From positions 124,001 through 188,000 of the IMG/VR virus record IMGVR_UViG_3300005289_000052: a stretch of 64,000 nucleotides of DNA; one strand, given 5' to 3'. A program made the translations under genes and the position numbers. The notes below the pieces were generated by a model, which saw nothing but the letters and a program-made list of their open reading frames with translations, searched no databases and was not told the DNA's origin. Numbering within the stretch: position 1 is the first letter of the stretch; every line of letters starts with the position of its first letter. Below are positions 29,994 to 38,311 of the stretch, one piece after another.

Positions 29994-30134
29994 GTAGTGA
30001 ATACAGGCAATGTCAACATTGCTCGCAAGGGGGTGATCCAGCCTTAGTGTGGTCTCCGAATCCTTGTATCGCTGGGAAGCGTAATAAAACGGATTCACGG
30101 CTGCCTGTATCCAGTCCGTCCTTCGGGACGGACT
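29994..30134 (+). ncRNA. Candidate structured RNA or structured leader
   Basis: Closing stem ATACAGGCA/TGCCTGTAT, inner GAATCC/GGATTC, GNRA loops, 3' cUUCGg hairpin; TATG at 29991. Confidence 0.4.
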
Positions 30135-30160
30135 CCTATTCCGCCAATCAGGTAAAACCA

Positions 30161-30667
30161 ATGGAAAACATCAAGACCGCCAGGACAGTGATCGATCTCG
30201 AGAAAACTGTGCAGAGGCTTATGGATTCAGTAGACCTTCTTCAAGACGCCGCAGAGATGTGTCGCGCTGAGGGTCCGATCTTACTGCGTGACTTCCGTAC
30301 CGTGGGTGTTAAAGTTCCACGTCAGTGCGGTAAATCCTTCGAAGCAGTACAACGCCTGATCCGCAATGAGAAGGCCATCATGATCTGTATCAATGATGCT
30401 CTTCGTAAATCGTTAGCCACCATCACCCACAGTCATCCGCATGGAGAGCCTCTCAAGCCTCACCAGATCGCGCGGATGTACACCGTGGACGAAGTCATCA
30501 AGGCAATCAAGTCAGTGCGTAACGGCCAACAGGACATCCTCTTGGCTGGCGCTAACGAGATCATCGTTGATGACTCTCACTGGTTCTTCCAACTGGTCCG
30601 CACTAACCAGTTCTACCAGTGGCTCTGGGATCGCCAAGGCGCAGACCAGAAAATCCTGCTCCTGTAG
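30161..30667 (+). CDS. Small P-loop NTPase (terminase-ATPase/helicase-like)
   Basis: ATG 30161; Walker A-like VPRQCGKS, Walker B-like IIVDD; 168 aa. Confidence 0.6.
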   Translation: MENIKTARTVIDLEKTVQRLMDSVDLLQDAAEMCRAEGPILLRDFRTVGVKVPRQCGKSFEAVQRLIRNEKAIMICINDALRKSLATITHSHPHGEPLKPHQIARMYTVDEVIKAIKSVRNGQQDILLAGANEIIVDDSHWFFQLVRTNQFYQWLWDRQGADQKILLL

Positions 30668-30668
30668 C

Positions 30669-30706
30669 AAAAAAAAAGCAGGGGATGCGGCCCCTGCTTT
30701 TATGCC
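30669..30706. terminator. Bidirectional terminator (U9 minus, TTTTATGCC plus)
   Basis: A9-GCAGGGG..CCCCTGCTTTTATGCC. Confidence 0.8.
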
Positions 30707-30707
30707 A

Positions 30708-31067
30708 TTACTTCTTGGCACCAGCCTTTTTCAACGCTGCTGTTACCAGAGCGTTTTGACGGGCGTGGTCTTCGGAGATGAGTTTCAGCAGAGACGGACT
30801 GGATTTAACCAGGTCGCTCATTTCAATCTCAAACCGACCACCCTTACGGATGTGCAGTATCCCGAGCTGCCAGCCGAACTCAATGCTGGCGAACTCAATG
30901 AAGTCGCCTTCGTTGCAATAGCTGATAGCCAACTGCAACATCCGAGGCAGTGCAGTATCGAAGTACGAGTAACGGCGGACGTCGATAACTTCTTTGGATT
31001 TGCCACGAGTCATGGTTGCGATAACGCGACGAACGTGGACAGTTTTCTTTTGTTCCGAGATTGCCAT
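30708..31067 (-). CDS. Hypothetical basic protein
   Basis: 119 aa, GAAGGA SD. Confidence 0.65.
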   Translation of the reverse strand: MAISEQKKTVHVRRVIATMTRGKSKEVIDVRRYSYFDTALPRMLQLAISYCNEGDFIEFASIEFGWQLGILHIRKGGRFEIEMSDLVKSSPSLLKLISEDHARQNALVTAALKKAGAKK

Positions 31068-31106
31068 GGGAGTTTTCCTTCTTAGGATTTAAGTTAAGAT
31101 GTCGCT

Positions 31107-31772
31107 TTACGACAAACGCATGTTGCGTTGGGCAATTTTCAGTAAGTCTTCGATCGGACGACTATTGTGAATGCGTTCCCGAAGTTTGAGTTTTTGTTCC
31201 CCAGACTCTTTATCTGGAGCCCAACCCACAGCACTATAGCGTTCGCTAGAATGTGGATCGAAATGCACAGCCATCCTGAAAGCATCCAACCAACCAATCT
31301 TGAATGTTTTCAGATAAGCTTCAAAGTAGGTAGCACCAGAACCGATAGCGATTGGGAGTTCTTTATCTGGCACTTCCCGAATATTGAGTATCTTCCTGCG
31401 AGTGATGATACTGAAACGATGTACCTTCCCAGTCTCAGTGACGATCAGCGCAGTGCCGCGAGGAATGTTGTTCTTCGTCAAGTTCAGCGCTTCAAACGAT
31501 TCAACAACGTGGTTCAGATCCGAACCCAAAGGCCAAATGGCCTCAAGGAAATTCCCTGTGTTGCCATCGCCAGCGCAACCCATGAACACGGCTACCTCAC
31601 CGCCAACCTTACGCTTCACTACGCCCTTATTGAGCATGATGATCTTTTGCGTGTTCTCTTTACTGCTGGTTCCAGTCGAGCCACACGAGTCACAGGAGAA
31701 TTCCATCGGATTGATGTGCGTCGATTTAAGGTCAGCGTACATCACTTTACCGTTTGTAGCAATCGTTGTCAC
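31107..31772 (-). CDS. HslV/proteasome-beta-like Ntn peptidase
   Basis: N-terminal (M)TTIA..YAD, QKI, AGD, AIGSGA, AVHFDPHS. Confidence 0.7.
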   Translation of the reverse strand: MTTIATNGKVMYADLKSTHINPMEFSCDSCGSTGTSSKENTQKIIMLNKGVVKRKVGGEVAVFMGCAGDGNTGNFLEAIWPLGSDLNHVVESFEALNLTKNNIPRGTALIVTETGKVHRFSIITRRKILNIREVPDKELPIAIGSGATYFEAYLKTFKIGWLDAFRMAVHFDPHSSERYSAVGWAPDKESGEQKLKLRERIHNSRPIEDLLKIAQRNMRLS

Positions 31773-31803
31773 AGGCCTTTCCTTCTTAGGATCTAATTAG
31801 AAC

Positions 31804-31832
31804 GGGGTCCCACAAGAGGACCCCATATGCCG
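31804..31832. terminator. Hairpin with plus-strand TATGCCG
   Basis: GGGGTCC-CACAAGA-GGACCCC-ATATGCCG. Confidence 0.55.
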
Positions 31833-31833
31833 C

Positions 31834-32904
31834 TTACTTCAGTTCAGGGAAGATTTCGCGGTATTGCTTCTTGAAGTGCTCGAGCAAACCAGCCTTGATC
31901 TCGGCACGCTTCTTGGCGCCGACACCATCGAGGATGATCATGTACTCGTTGATCGTCTTCTCGAGGATCGCTTCGTACTTGGCGTAGGAATCGACCTTCG
32001 GTTCTGGTACGTGCTTGGTGATGATCGCGCCCAGCAGAACCATGGTGGCGTGACCCAGCTCGCTGGTGTCAGCGTTAAGGATCGTTTGCAGCGCTTCGTT
32101 GATGTGCGCAGGCGCTGGCTTGAACTCGTCAGGCTGATCAGCCGGTTGTGACTTCGGCAGATGGTACGGCATTGGCCACATGGCGACAATAGCCCAACCA
32201 TTTACGTTGAATTCACGGTAGAAGCGCAGCAGTTCGGTGTGGGTGTAAGCATGGCCGACTGCACCTTCACCGATGATCATCGGTTTGCCATTACCGTTCT
32301 TGCGAGTGACCCAGAAGATGTCACCGGTTTCGGTCCACACCAACTGGTTACCCCAGCGCAAATGTTTCTTATCAGTGGATTGTCCACGATAGCGCAGGCC
32401 GCGATCTTCAACCCACTCCATGCCCAACAGCATTTTGGGTTTATGGATCAGACCAGCCGGATCGGTGAAGTACTCCACCGCATCGAAGACTTCGCGCGCG
32501 TTGCTGTAGAAGTGTTCGACCACTTCTGTTACTGGGAGGAACTCCAGCAGCTTGATATTGGCATGATCATAACGACCGCCCGCCAGATCACAGAAGAGAC
32601 GATCCAGAGTGATCTCACCACCACGATCCTGATACAGATTCAGTGCGTGGGCGTCCTCCTGGTTCATCTCCACGATCTGGAGAATGCCGTAGTCGCGCCC
32701 GCCGGGATGTTGCATCAGTTCGTTGGTCGGCGTCAGCGGCGCATTGATCTGCTTGGAGAACAGGAAGATCTTCGGAACATCACGGATGGTGAAGATGGCT
32801 ACAGCGGTGATGTCCAACACTTCCAGGTTGCGACCATGTGGGTCGATAATGACCTGGTTTTTGTCAGCGTGCAGTTTGTCAATTACGGGTTGCAAAAGGG
32901 ACAT
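31834..32904 (-). CDS. Hypothetical protein, putative early gene
   Basis: 356 aa, GAAGGAAG SD, downstream of an early promoter. Confidence 0.7.
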   Translation of the reverse strand: MSLLQPVIDKLHADKNQVIIDPHGRNLEVLDITAVAIFTIRDVPKIFLFSKQINAPLTPTNELMQHPGGRDYGILQIVEMNQEDAHALNLYQDRGGEITLDRLFCDLAGGRYDHANIKLLEFLPVTEVVEHFYSNAREVFDAVEYFTDPAGLIHKPKMLLGMEWVEDRGLRYRGQSTDKKHLRWGNQLVWTETGDIFWVTRKNGNGKPMIIGEGAVGHAYTHTELLRFYREFNVNGWAIVAMWPMPYHLPKSQPADQPDEFKPAPAHINEALQTILNADTSELGHATMVLLGAIITKHVPEPKVDSYAKYEAILEKTINEYMIILDGVGAKKRAEIKAGLLEHFKKQYREIFPELK

Positions 32905-32977
32905 GCGACATCTTCCTTCTAAGGATTCATAAATAGCTTAGGTGTGTGAGATTAAACAACTGTTGTCTCTCACCTGA

Positions 32978-32997
32978 GTAATATGTATCTCAAATTT
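32978..32997 (-). promoter_or_regulatory. Early promoter variant
   Basis: Minus strand AAATTTGAGATACATATTAC. Confidence 0.65.
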
Positions 32998-33006
32998 GTT
33001 TCATTG

Positions 33007-33031
33007 CGGCATAGAGGGCCCGAAGGCCCTC
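33007..33031 (-). terminator. Hairpin + TATGCCG with no U tract
   Basis: Minus strand GAGGGCC-TTCG-GGCCCTC-TATGCCG. Confidence 0.7.
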
Positions 33032-33032
33032 A

Positions 33033-33473
33033 TCAGAAAAGCAGTACGTCAACCGGCAATTCTGTTCCGCCCAGACACTCTTCGACCAAAGGCTTGAAGA
33101 CCTTGACGAAGTCGAGCTGACCGTAGCCACAACCCAGAGCAGGGATTCCCAGTTCAGTGATACCCAGCTCTTTATACCGCGCTACCAGATCCTTGAACCC
33201 AGCTTCGAGATATTCCTTCTTACTCGGTTTGCTCCAGTGATGCTTCGTGGGGAAGAGCAACACTTGGAACGGTCCCGCATTGTAGACCACCAGCTTCCCA
33301 ACGGTTAAGTCCCCCGAGCGCAAGGCAGCTTGATAGAACTCCAGCAACCCCGGAATCCTGATCTTGAACTGCAACGCCAAACCATTACCCAAAGTCCCCG
33401 CAGTGTTAACAGGACAGGCAATGGTCTGGAGTCCACTCGAGAACAAGTCACCCTCACCCATGAAACGGATCAT
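33033..33473 (-). CDS. Macrodomain protein, DarG/TARG1-like
   Basis: GDLF, PVNTAGTLGNGLA, FPTK.HW, PALGCGYGQL. Confidence 0.85.
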   Translation of the reverse strand: MIRFMGEGDLFSSGLQTIACPVNTAGTLGNGLALQFKIRIPGLLEFYQAALRSGDLTVGKLVVYNAGPFQVLLFPTKHHWSKPSKKEYLEAGFKDLVARYKELGITELGIPALGCGYGQLDFVKVFKPLVEECLGGTELPVDVLLF

Positions 33474-33886
33474 TAAGCTTTCCTCGTACTCTGATTCTGT
33501 TGGAGCTGACGAATCTGCTGTTCCGTAGGCAGGGTAGCCCGGTTAGCGTCTTCGGCAGTGATTCGCAGGATCAGTCGATGAATCTCTCGAGGTAAGTTCA
33601 AGAACTCAACGACAGTGAAGCCCCAGCGCTTATAAATCTCGTTGACGTTGTACTGATAGATCGCTCGATAAAGACCACCGTATTCGTGGTAGTCTTCTTT
33701 GTCGAAACGGGCCGCCAATGCTAACGGACGAGACTTATCATTGATGTGGTCGTAAATCCCATAATCAATGTCGTATGCGTCACGCAATACAAGTTGCGCT
33801 GAGATCCCGTCGAGTTTGCCTGAGGTTTCCAAGGCTCGCTCGACTTGACCTTTCTCCCCGACGCGGTTCAGACCGAAGCCTGGCAT
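33473..33886 (-). CDS. Probable -1 frameshift extension of 33925..35484 (tail chaperone T/E'-like)
   Basis: No SD at ATG 33886; the frame stays open upstream through the T8 run; WGFTVVEFLNLP motif. Confidence 0.55.
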   Translation of the reverse strand: MPGFGLNRVGEKGQVERALETSGKLDGISAQLVLRDAYDIDYGIYDHINDKSRPLALAARFDKEDYHEYGGLYRAIYQYNVNEIYKRWGFTVVEFLNLPREIHRLILRITAEDANRATLPTEQQIRQLQQNQSTRKA

Positions 33887-33924
33887 CGCGACGTGTCTGT
33901 CGTTGTGCTCTCTGATCTCCGGGT

Positions 33925-35484
33925 CTATTGTAAGAGGGAGACTTTTGAAAGGACTTTGTTGATGCGTTGGGAGAGCATGAAAAAAAACACTCGACTCACA
34001 TCCAGAGGGATGATGTGAGGGTGGCCTTTATGCTCTGCCGACATCTGCGGGAAGTTGCAGGCCGGGCAGTTGTGACGTGGCAAACCGACGAGGCTGATGG
34101 TGGCGTCATCGATGAACTTACCGATTTCTTCCACGAACCGATTGCGCAGTTCTTCGTTGGTCGAGAACATCGACATCAGACCTTCGATGGTCTCACGGTC
34201 AGTACCCATCTGAGTAGAACCGTCACCCAGGTGCATCTCACCGACCCAGTGGCCGTATTGACGCATGGTCGACAGGCGACCCTGGTTGCTGATGTAGGAA
34301 TCGCGCTCGTCGCCCTTGAGTGGGACTTGGAATGCGTTCTCCATCATGTCGATGATACCGCCGATCCAGGAGTAACCCGAATCTTCGTACTGTTGCAGGT
34401 TCGGTACGAACAGCGTAGCCGCTACGACTTCGGTCAGTTGCACTTGGCGCTGGCCGCCGCGAGTGTGTTCCGATTCGTAACGCTTGATGTCGTCATCGGT
34501 CATGCGAGCTTTACGCTGTTGCATGCGACGCTTCTGCCACTGGGTCAGCGACGACTTGTCGGTGTACACCAGTTTGCCCAGGTCGAGCATTTCCTTGATC
34601 ACGAACTTGCAAGACGCGTCGGTGTTGACGCACGCCTGAGCGTACGGGTAACCGTTCGGGTACATTGCCAGAGCCAGACCCCACAGGATGGTCGGGATGT
34701 CGGTGACCTTGATGATCGACTTGAGGTAGTCGACGCCCATTTCTTTCGCGTTGGTTTCGAAGACGTATTCGAACGCGAAGTTGAGCAGGTAGTTGATCTG
34801 GTACACCGAAGTGTTCGAGAACAACAGACCGTTGGTGAAACGCCCGAGGGTGATCTTGTCGTTGGCGATACGACGTTCAAGCTCGAGGATCGCAGCTTCT
34901 GGCGGGTTCTTGAAGCTCAGCCAGATACCGGTGTGCCACAGTGGAACAGACACGATCGAACCCATGCCGGTCATTGCAGCAGCGTAGATCTGCGCGCGCT
35001 CACCCGTCAGAGCACCACCGCCAGCATCGAAGCGAGGACGGGAAGCAGCCAGCTTCTGACCTTCTACTTCAATGTACTGTGCCCACTCGGAACCTTCGCG
35101 GTTCATCGAAGCAGCCAGCGGGTTACCGCGCATCAGGGTGTTCTGACCATCACGCAGGGTTTGGGTCCACAGGCGAGTAGCCGGGTCACCAGCAGCGTTG
35201 ATGTTCGGGTAGTTATCGATCAGCGCACCCAGGTCGAATGCGTCACCACCGAGCAGACGCAGAGTGGAGTTCTCGGCCTCGTAGTCGATGTACTGGAGTT
35301 CTTTGTCAGTCGGCTTACGCGAGTGAGGGAACTCTTGGGTGACGTTGTCGTTGTGGGTCTTCGCCTGATAGTCATGGCTCTCGGACGTTGGGTCCAGGCC
35401 AGCTTTGGCGGTGTCGCTTACCGGCGCGGCTTGTTCAGCATTGTCTGCTGGGATTTGACCTTGACCGTCATCATTGATAGGCAT
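33925..35484 (-). CDS. Conserved protein (phiKZ gp77-like), putative tail/baseplate assembly chaperone
   Basis: 519 aa, AAGGAG SD; C-x6-C..LDLGKL and C-terminal CPAC, reminiscent of T4 gp26/gp51-type chaperones (inference). Confidence 0.55.
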   Translation of the reverse strand: MPINDDGQGQIPADNAEQAAPVSDTAKAGLDPTSESHDYQAKTHNDNVTQEFPHSRKPTDKELQYIDYEAENSTLRLLGGDAFDLGALIDNYPNINAAGDPATRLWTQTLRDGQNTLMRGNPLAASMNREGSEWAQYIEVEGQKLAASRPRFDAGGGALTGERAQIYAAAMTGMGSIVSVPLWHTGIWLSFKNPPEAAILELERRIANDKITLGRFTNGLLFSNTSVYQINYLLNFAFEYVFETNAKEMGVDYLKSIIKVTDIPTILWGLALAMYPNGYPYAQACVNTDASCKFVIKEMLDLGKLVYTDKSSLTQWQKRRMQQRKARMTDDDIKRYESEHTRGGQRQVQLTEVVAATLFVPNLQQYEDSGYSWIGGIIDMMENAFQVPLKGDERDSYISNQGRLSTMRQYGHWVGEMHLGDGSTQMGTDRETIEGLMSMFSTNEELRNRFVEEIGKFIDDATISLVGLPRHNCPACNFPQMSAEHKGHPHIIPLDVSRVFFFMLSQRINKVLSKVSLLQ

Positions 35485-35494
35485 TTACGGCTCC

Positions 35495-36007
35495 TTACAG
35501 GGACGACAGTTCAGGGGTAGCGACGGCCGCCGGAGTCGGCAGGGTAATCGACGCGGTCACATCGGCAGGCTGGAAGAAACCGGTAACGTTGAACGCACCT
35601 GGGATCACTACCAATTGATATGACGCGATCCATTCACTGTATTCCTCAGCGATGGTCAGCACGGCAGCCAGCAGGTCTTCTTGGACCAGAGTCGGGTTGC
35701 CTTGTTGGCTACGAGCCAGTTCCACGTGTTTGGCGTGGATGGCATCGAGGCGCACTTTGTAAGCTTGCATGTCGTTGTTGAGAACCTCAACAGCGGCCAG
35801 CAGGCCCTTCGGATCTTTCACCGCACGCTTCACCAGCTCTTTGTTACGGATCAGGATCAGGGCGTTGGATGGGCTAACCCGCAGTGCGTTGCACTCGGCC
35901 AGCAGTTCATCGAGACCCATCCATACGGACAAGCCTTCGTTATGGGCCTGGAGTTGGGCCACATTATTCGGACCACGATAGCGTGGACTCTGTTGCGAAT
36001 TCGACAT
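35495..36007 (-). CDS. Hypothetical helical protein
   Basis: 170 aa, CAGGA SD. Confidence 0.65.
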   Translation of the reverse strand: MSNSQQSPRYRGPNNVAQLQAHNEGLSVWMGLDELLAECNALRVSPSNALILIRNKELVKRAVKDPKGLLAAVEVLNNDMQAYKVRLDAIHAKHVELARSQQGNPTLVQEDLLAAVLTIAEEYSEWIASYQLVVIPGAFNVTGFFQPADVTASITLPTPAAVATPELSSL

Positions 36008-36114
36008 TGATTCGATTTCCTGTGGTAAAAAGTTACGTGCCGGTGGACTGAATAAAAGAAAAGAGGCACTTTTCCTATAATTGGAAGTTTGCGTATTATT
36101 TAACAGGACAGTCT

Positions 36115-36969
36115 ATGACTATTGATGAACTTGAAGTCTTCCTTGATCAGCGTGTTTCACCAGAGGCGACTGAGTCACTGATTGACTGTGCTCGCGTAAT
36201 GTGTGAATCCGGTTTGACCAGTCACCTTGACGACATTGACGACCTCATCGCTTTAGAGGATAACGTCGGGCGTGACGTCACCGTGTCTCGGATCAGAAAC
36301 TATCTGGAAGACGCACTAGAAGCATGTGTGAACCAGTTCGGTGTTGAGCTGCAACAAGGCATCGACATCAACCTGCGACACCTGACAGCACTGCAACGCG
36401 GGATCAACCAGATCACTGACTTCGAGGACATCGAGACCTTAGAAGCTTACTGTCTGTCGGAAGAAGATCCCGAACAACGTTTGGCTGACATGATGGAGCT
36501 GCTCACCGAATACACGTGGGCTGACTACCTACTGTTTATTCAGACCGTCACTCCTTCGTTCTTCAAACGGGTGCTGGAGCAGATCACCAAGCCCGATAGC
36601 TTGGAAGAGATCGACAACACTGGTAATGCGATTCTGTTGCGTACCAAGTCGTTGTTGCTCAAGGTACAAAAGCCTTGGTTGATCGACGAGATCGAAGACG
36701 GTGCTACGCTGGGCTTGTCCCTCGATGCAATGATCATCCGTTTCCGGGCTCGCTACGAAGTAGCATTGGCTCAAACTATGGAGTGGAACCGTAAGCCACA
36801 ACTGTTGGCTGAACAGTACATGCTCTATATCTTGGCCTCTGACGTCCCGGATGACAAACTGCTGGAGGCTTCACAGACCCAAGCAGAGAACGTGATTCAC
36901 CACATGCCAACTCTGTCGGCTGTGTTGCGTCATTGCCAAGAACTCTTAAGCCAGGTGCCTTCTAAATGA
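36115..36969 (+). CDS. Conserved acidic protein (phiKZ gp79 position)
   Basis: 284 aa, coupled by ATGA to the vRNAP subunit. Confidence 0.6.
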   Translation: MTIDELEVFLDQRVSPEATESLIDCARVMCESGLTSHLDDIDDLIALEDNVGRDVTVSRIRNYLEDALEACVNQFGVELQQGIDINLRHLTALQRGINQITDFEDIETLEAYCLSEEDPEQRLADMMELLTEYTWADYLLFIQTVTPSFFKRVLEQITKPDSLEEIDNTGNAILLRTKSLLLKVQKPWLIDEIEDGATLGLSLDAMIIRFRARYEVALAQTMEWNRKPQLLAEQYMLYILASDVPDDKLLEASQTQAENVIHHMPTLSAVLRHCQELLSQVPSK

Positions 36970-38279
36970 AAGTAGCCGATTACTACTTGGCGGCCTTGAA
37001 TGCTGGCGCCTATAAAAAGAAGATCTGGGTACTGAGCTTATTCAGTCTTCTGGTGGAGCCTAAAGCCTACCGTTTCCCTTACGAGATCGTGAAGACCGAG
37101 AAGAACGTATTCTTCCGCAACCCAGAGGACTTGGATGACCTCGTGTTGTTGGACGATGCCCTCGTGTCACGCCCTGTGCTCACGTTTAAGGACAAGCTCC
37201 AGATCACCCCTGATCGTGTACCGAACTTGGCTGCACCGATCACTACGACCGCTGGGAACCTGTTGTTCAACTTCTATGTCCTGATCTACTCGATGGGCAA
37301 GAAGATCCCGTACATGGAAGGACGTCTGACACCAAAGATGGTTGAAGGACTGATCCAACCGCGCTTGACTTCCAATCCAGTCAACAACGGTGAGAACTAC
37401 GACCCCAACGATCTGAACCCGATCTACGTTTCAGAGTACAAGAAGTTCAACCGTGCGATGTTTGCACTGATGGGCTTCACACAGCTCTGTGTGCCCTCTG
37501 CTACGCCTCGGACGATGTCGACTGACCCTCGTATCCCTGAGATCCGAAACAAGCTGGTAGAGAAGTACAAGGACCGTCTGAACGACCCGGCTGTGATCTC
37601 CATGATCGATGCTGAGTTGATCAAGATCGACAAACAGTGGATGGCCGATGACCCGGATGGTGGCGCTGGCTTCTACGTGAACGAGAACAAGTCCTACGAC
37701 GTTGTGCGTAAGAAAGTGTTCCTGATGCACGGTGCTGAGGCTGGCTTCCAAGAAGGTACGGACGTTGACTTCATTAAGAACTCCCTGAACGAAGGCTGGG
37801 AGATCGAGAAGCTTCCGTCCATGGTCAACTCCCTGCGGGAAGGTTCGTACAACCGTGGTCGAGACACAGCGCTCGGCGGTGAGGCTGTAAAGTTCCTGGG
37901 TCGAGTTTTCCAGAACACTGTGATTGCAGAGAAAGACTGCGGCGCCACTATGGGCTGGGACAAGGAAGTAACAGAGGACAACTACAAGGAATTTGCTGGC
38001 TTCTATGAGAACACTCCGAAAGGACCTGTGATCCTGGAAGAAGCTTACCTCAAAGGTAAGATCGGCAAAACTATCAACATGAGAACACCCATGTTGTGTA
38101 GGACTCCGAAAACCGGCTTCTGCGAATGCTGTATGGGCGCAAAGAACGCCCTCAACCCAACCTCTCTCGGATTGTTGGCAGCAGACGTAGGTTCCCAGAT
38201 GATGGGCATCTTCATGGGTGCGATGCACGGTAAGTCCTTGAAGACCGCAAAGTACGACTACTTGAAGTCTATCTTCTGA
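36966..38279 (+). CDS. Virion RNA polymerase beta'-like subunit (phiKZ gp80-like)
   Basis: SLREGSYNRGRDTALGG bridge-helix-like region, EKDCG, RTPMLC..FCECCMG Zn site, SQMMGIFMGAMHG trigger-loop-like region. Confidence 0.85.
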   Translation: MKVADYYLAALNAGAYKKKIWVLSLFSLLVEPKAYRFPYEIVKTEKNVFFRNPEDLDDLVLLDDALVSRPVLTFKDKLQITPDRVPNLAAPITTTAGNLLFNFYVLIYSMGKKIPYMEGRLTPKMVEGLIQPRLTSNPVNNGENYDPNDLNPIYVSEYKKFNRAMFALMGFTQLCVPSATPRTMSTDPRIPEIRNKLVEKYKDRLNDPAVISMIDAELIKIDKQWMADDPDGGAGFYVNENKSYDVVRKKVFLMHGAEAGFQEGTDVDFIKNSLNEGWEIEKLPSMVNSLREGSYNRGRDTALGGEAVKFLGRVFQNTVIAEKDCGATMGWDKEVTEDNYKEFAGFYENTPKGPVILEEAYLKGKIGKTINMRTPMLCRTPKTGFCECCMGAKNALNPTSLGLLAADVGSQMMGIFMGAMHGKSLKTAKYDYLKSIF

Positions 38280-38311
38280 AGCAGTTCATTCTCAATACGG
38301 AGACAGTCCCA

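Noticed and set aside
29994-30134. tRNA or hammerhead ribozyme
   Set aside because: No cloverleaf with a T-loop GTTC or CCA end, and no CTGANGA/GAAA core was seen.
30161-30667. The phage's large terminase or a pseudogene of it
   Set aside because: Too short, no nuclease domain or adjacent remnant, and intact with its own terminator.
36020-36040. phiKZ middle-promoter-like AAAAGTTAC
   Set aside because: Too short and degenerate to call without TSS data.
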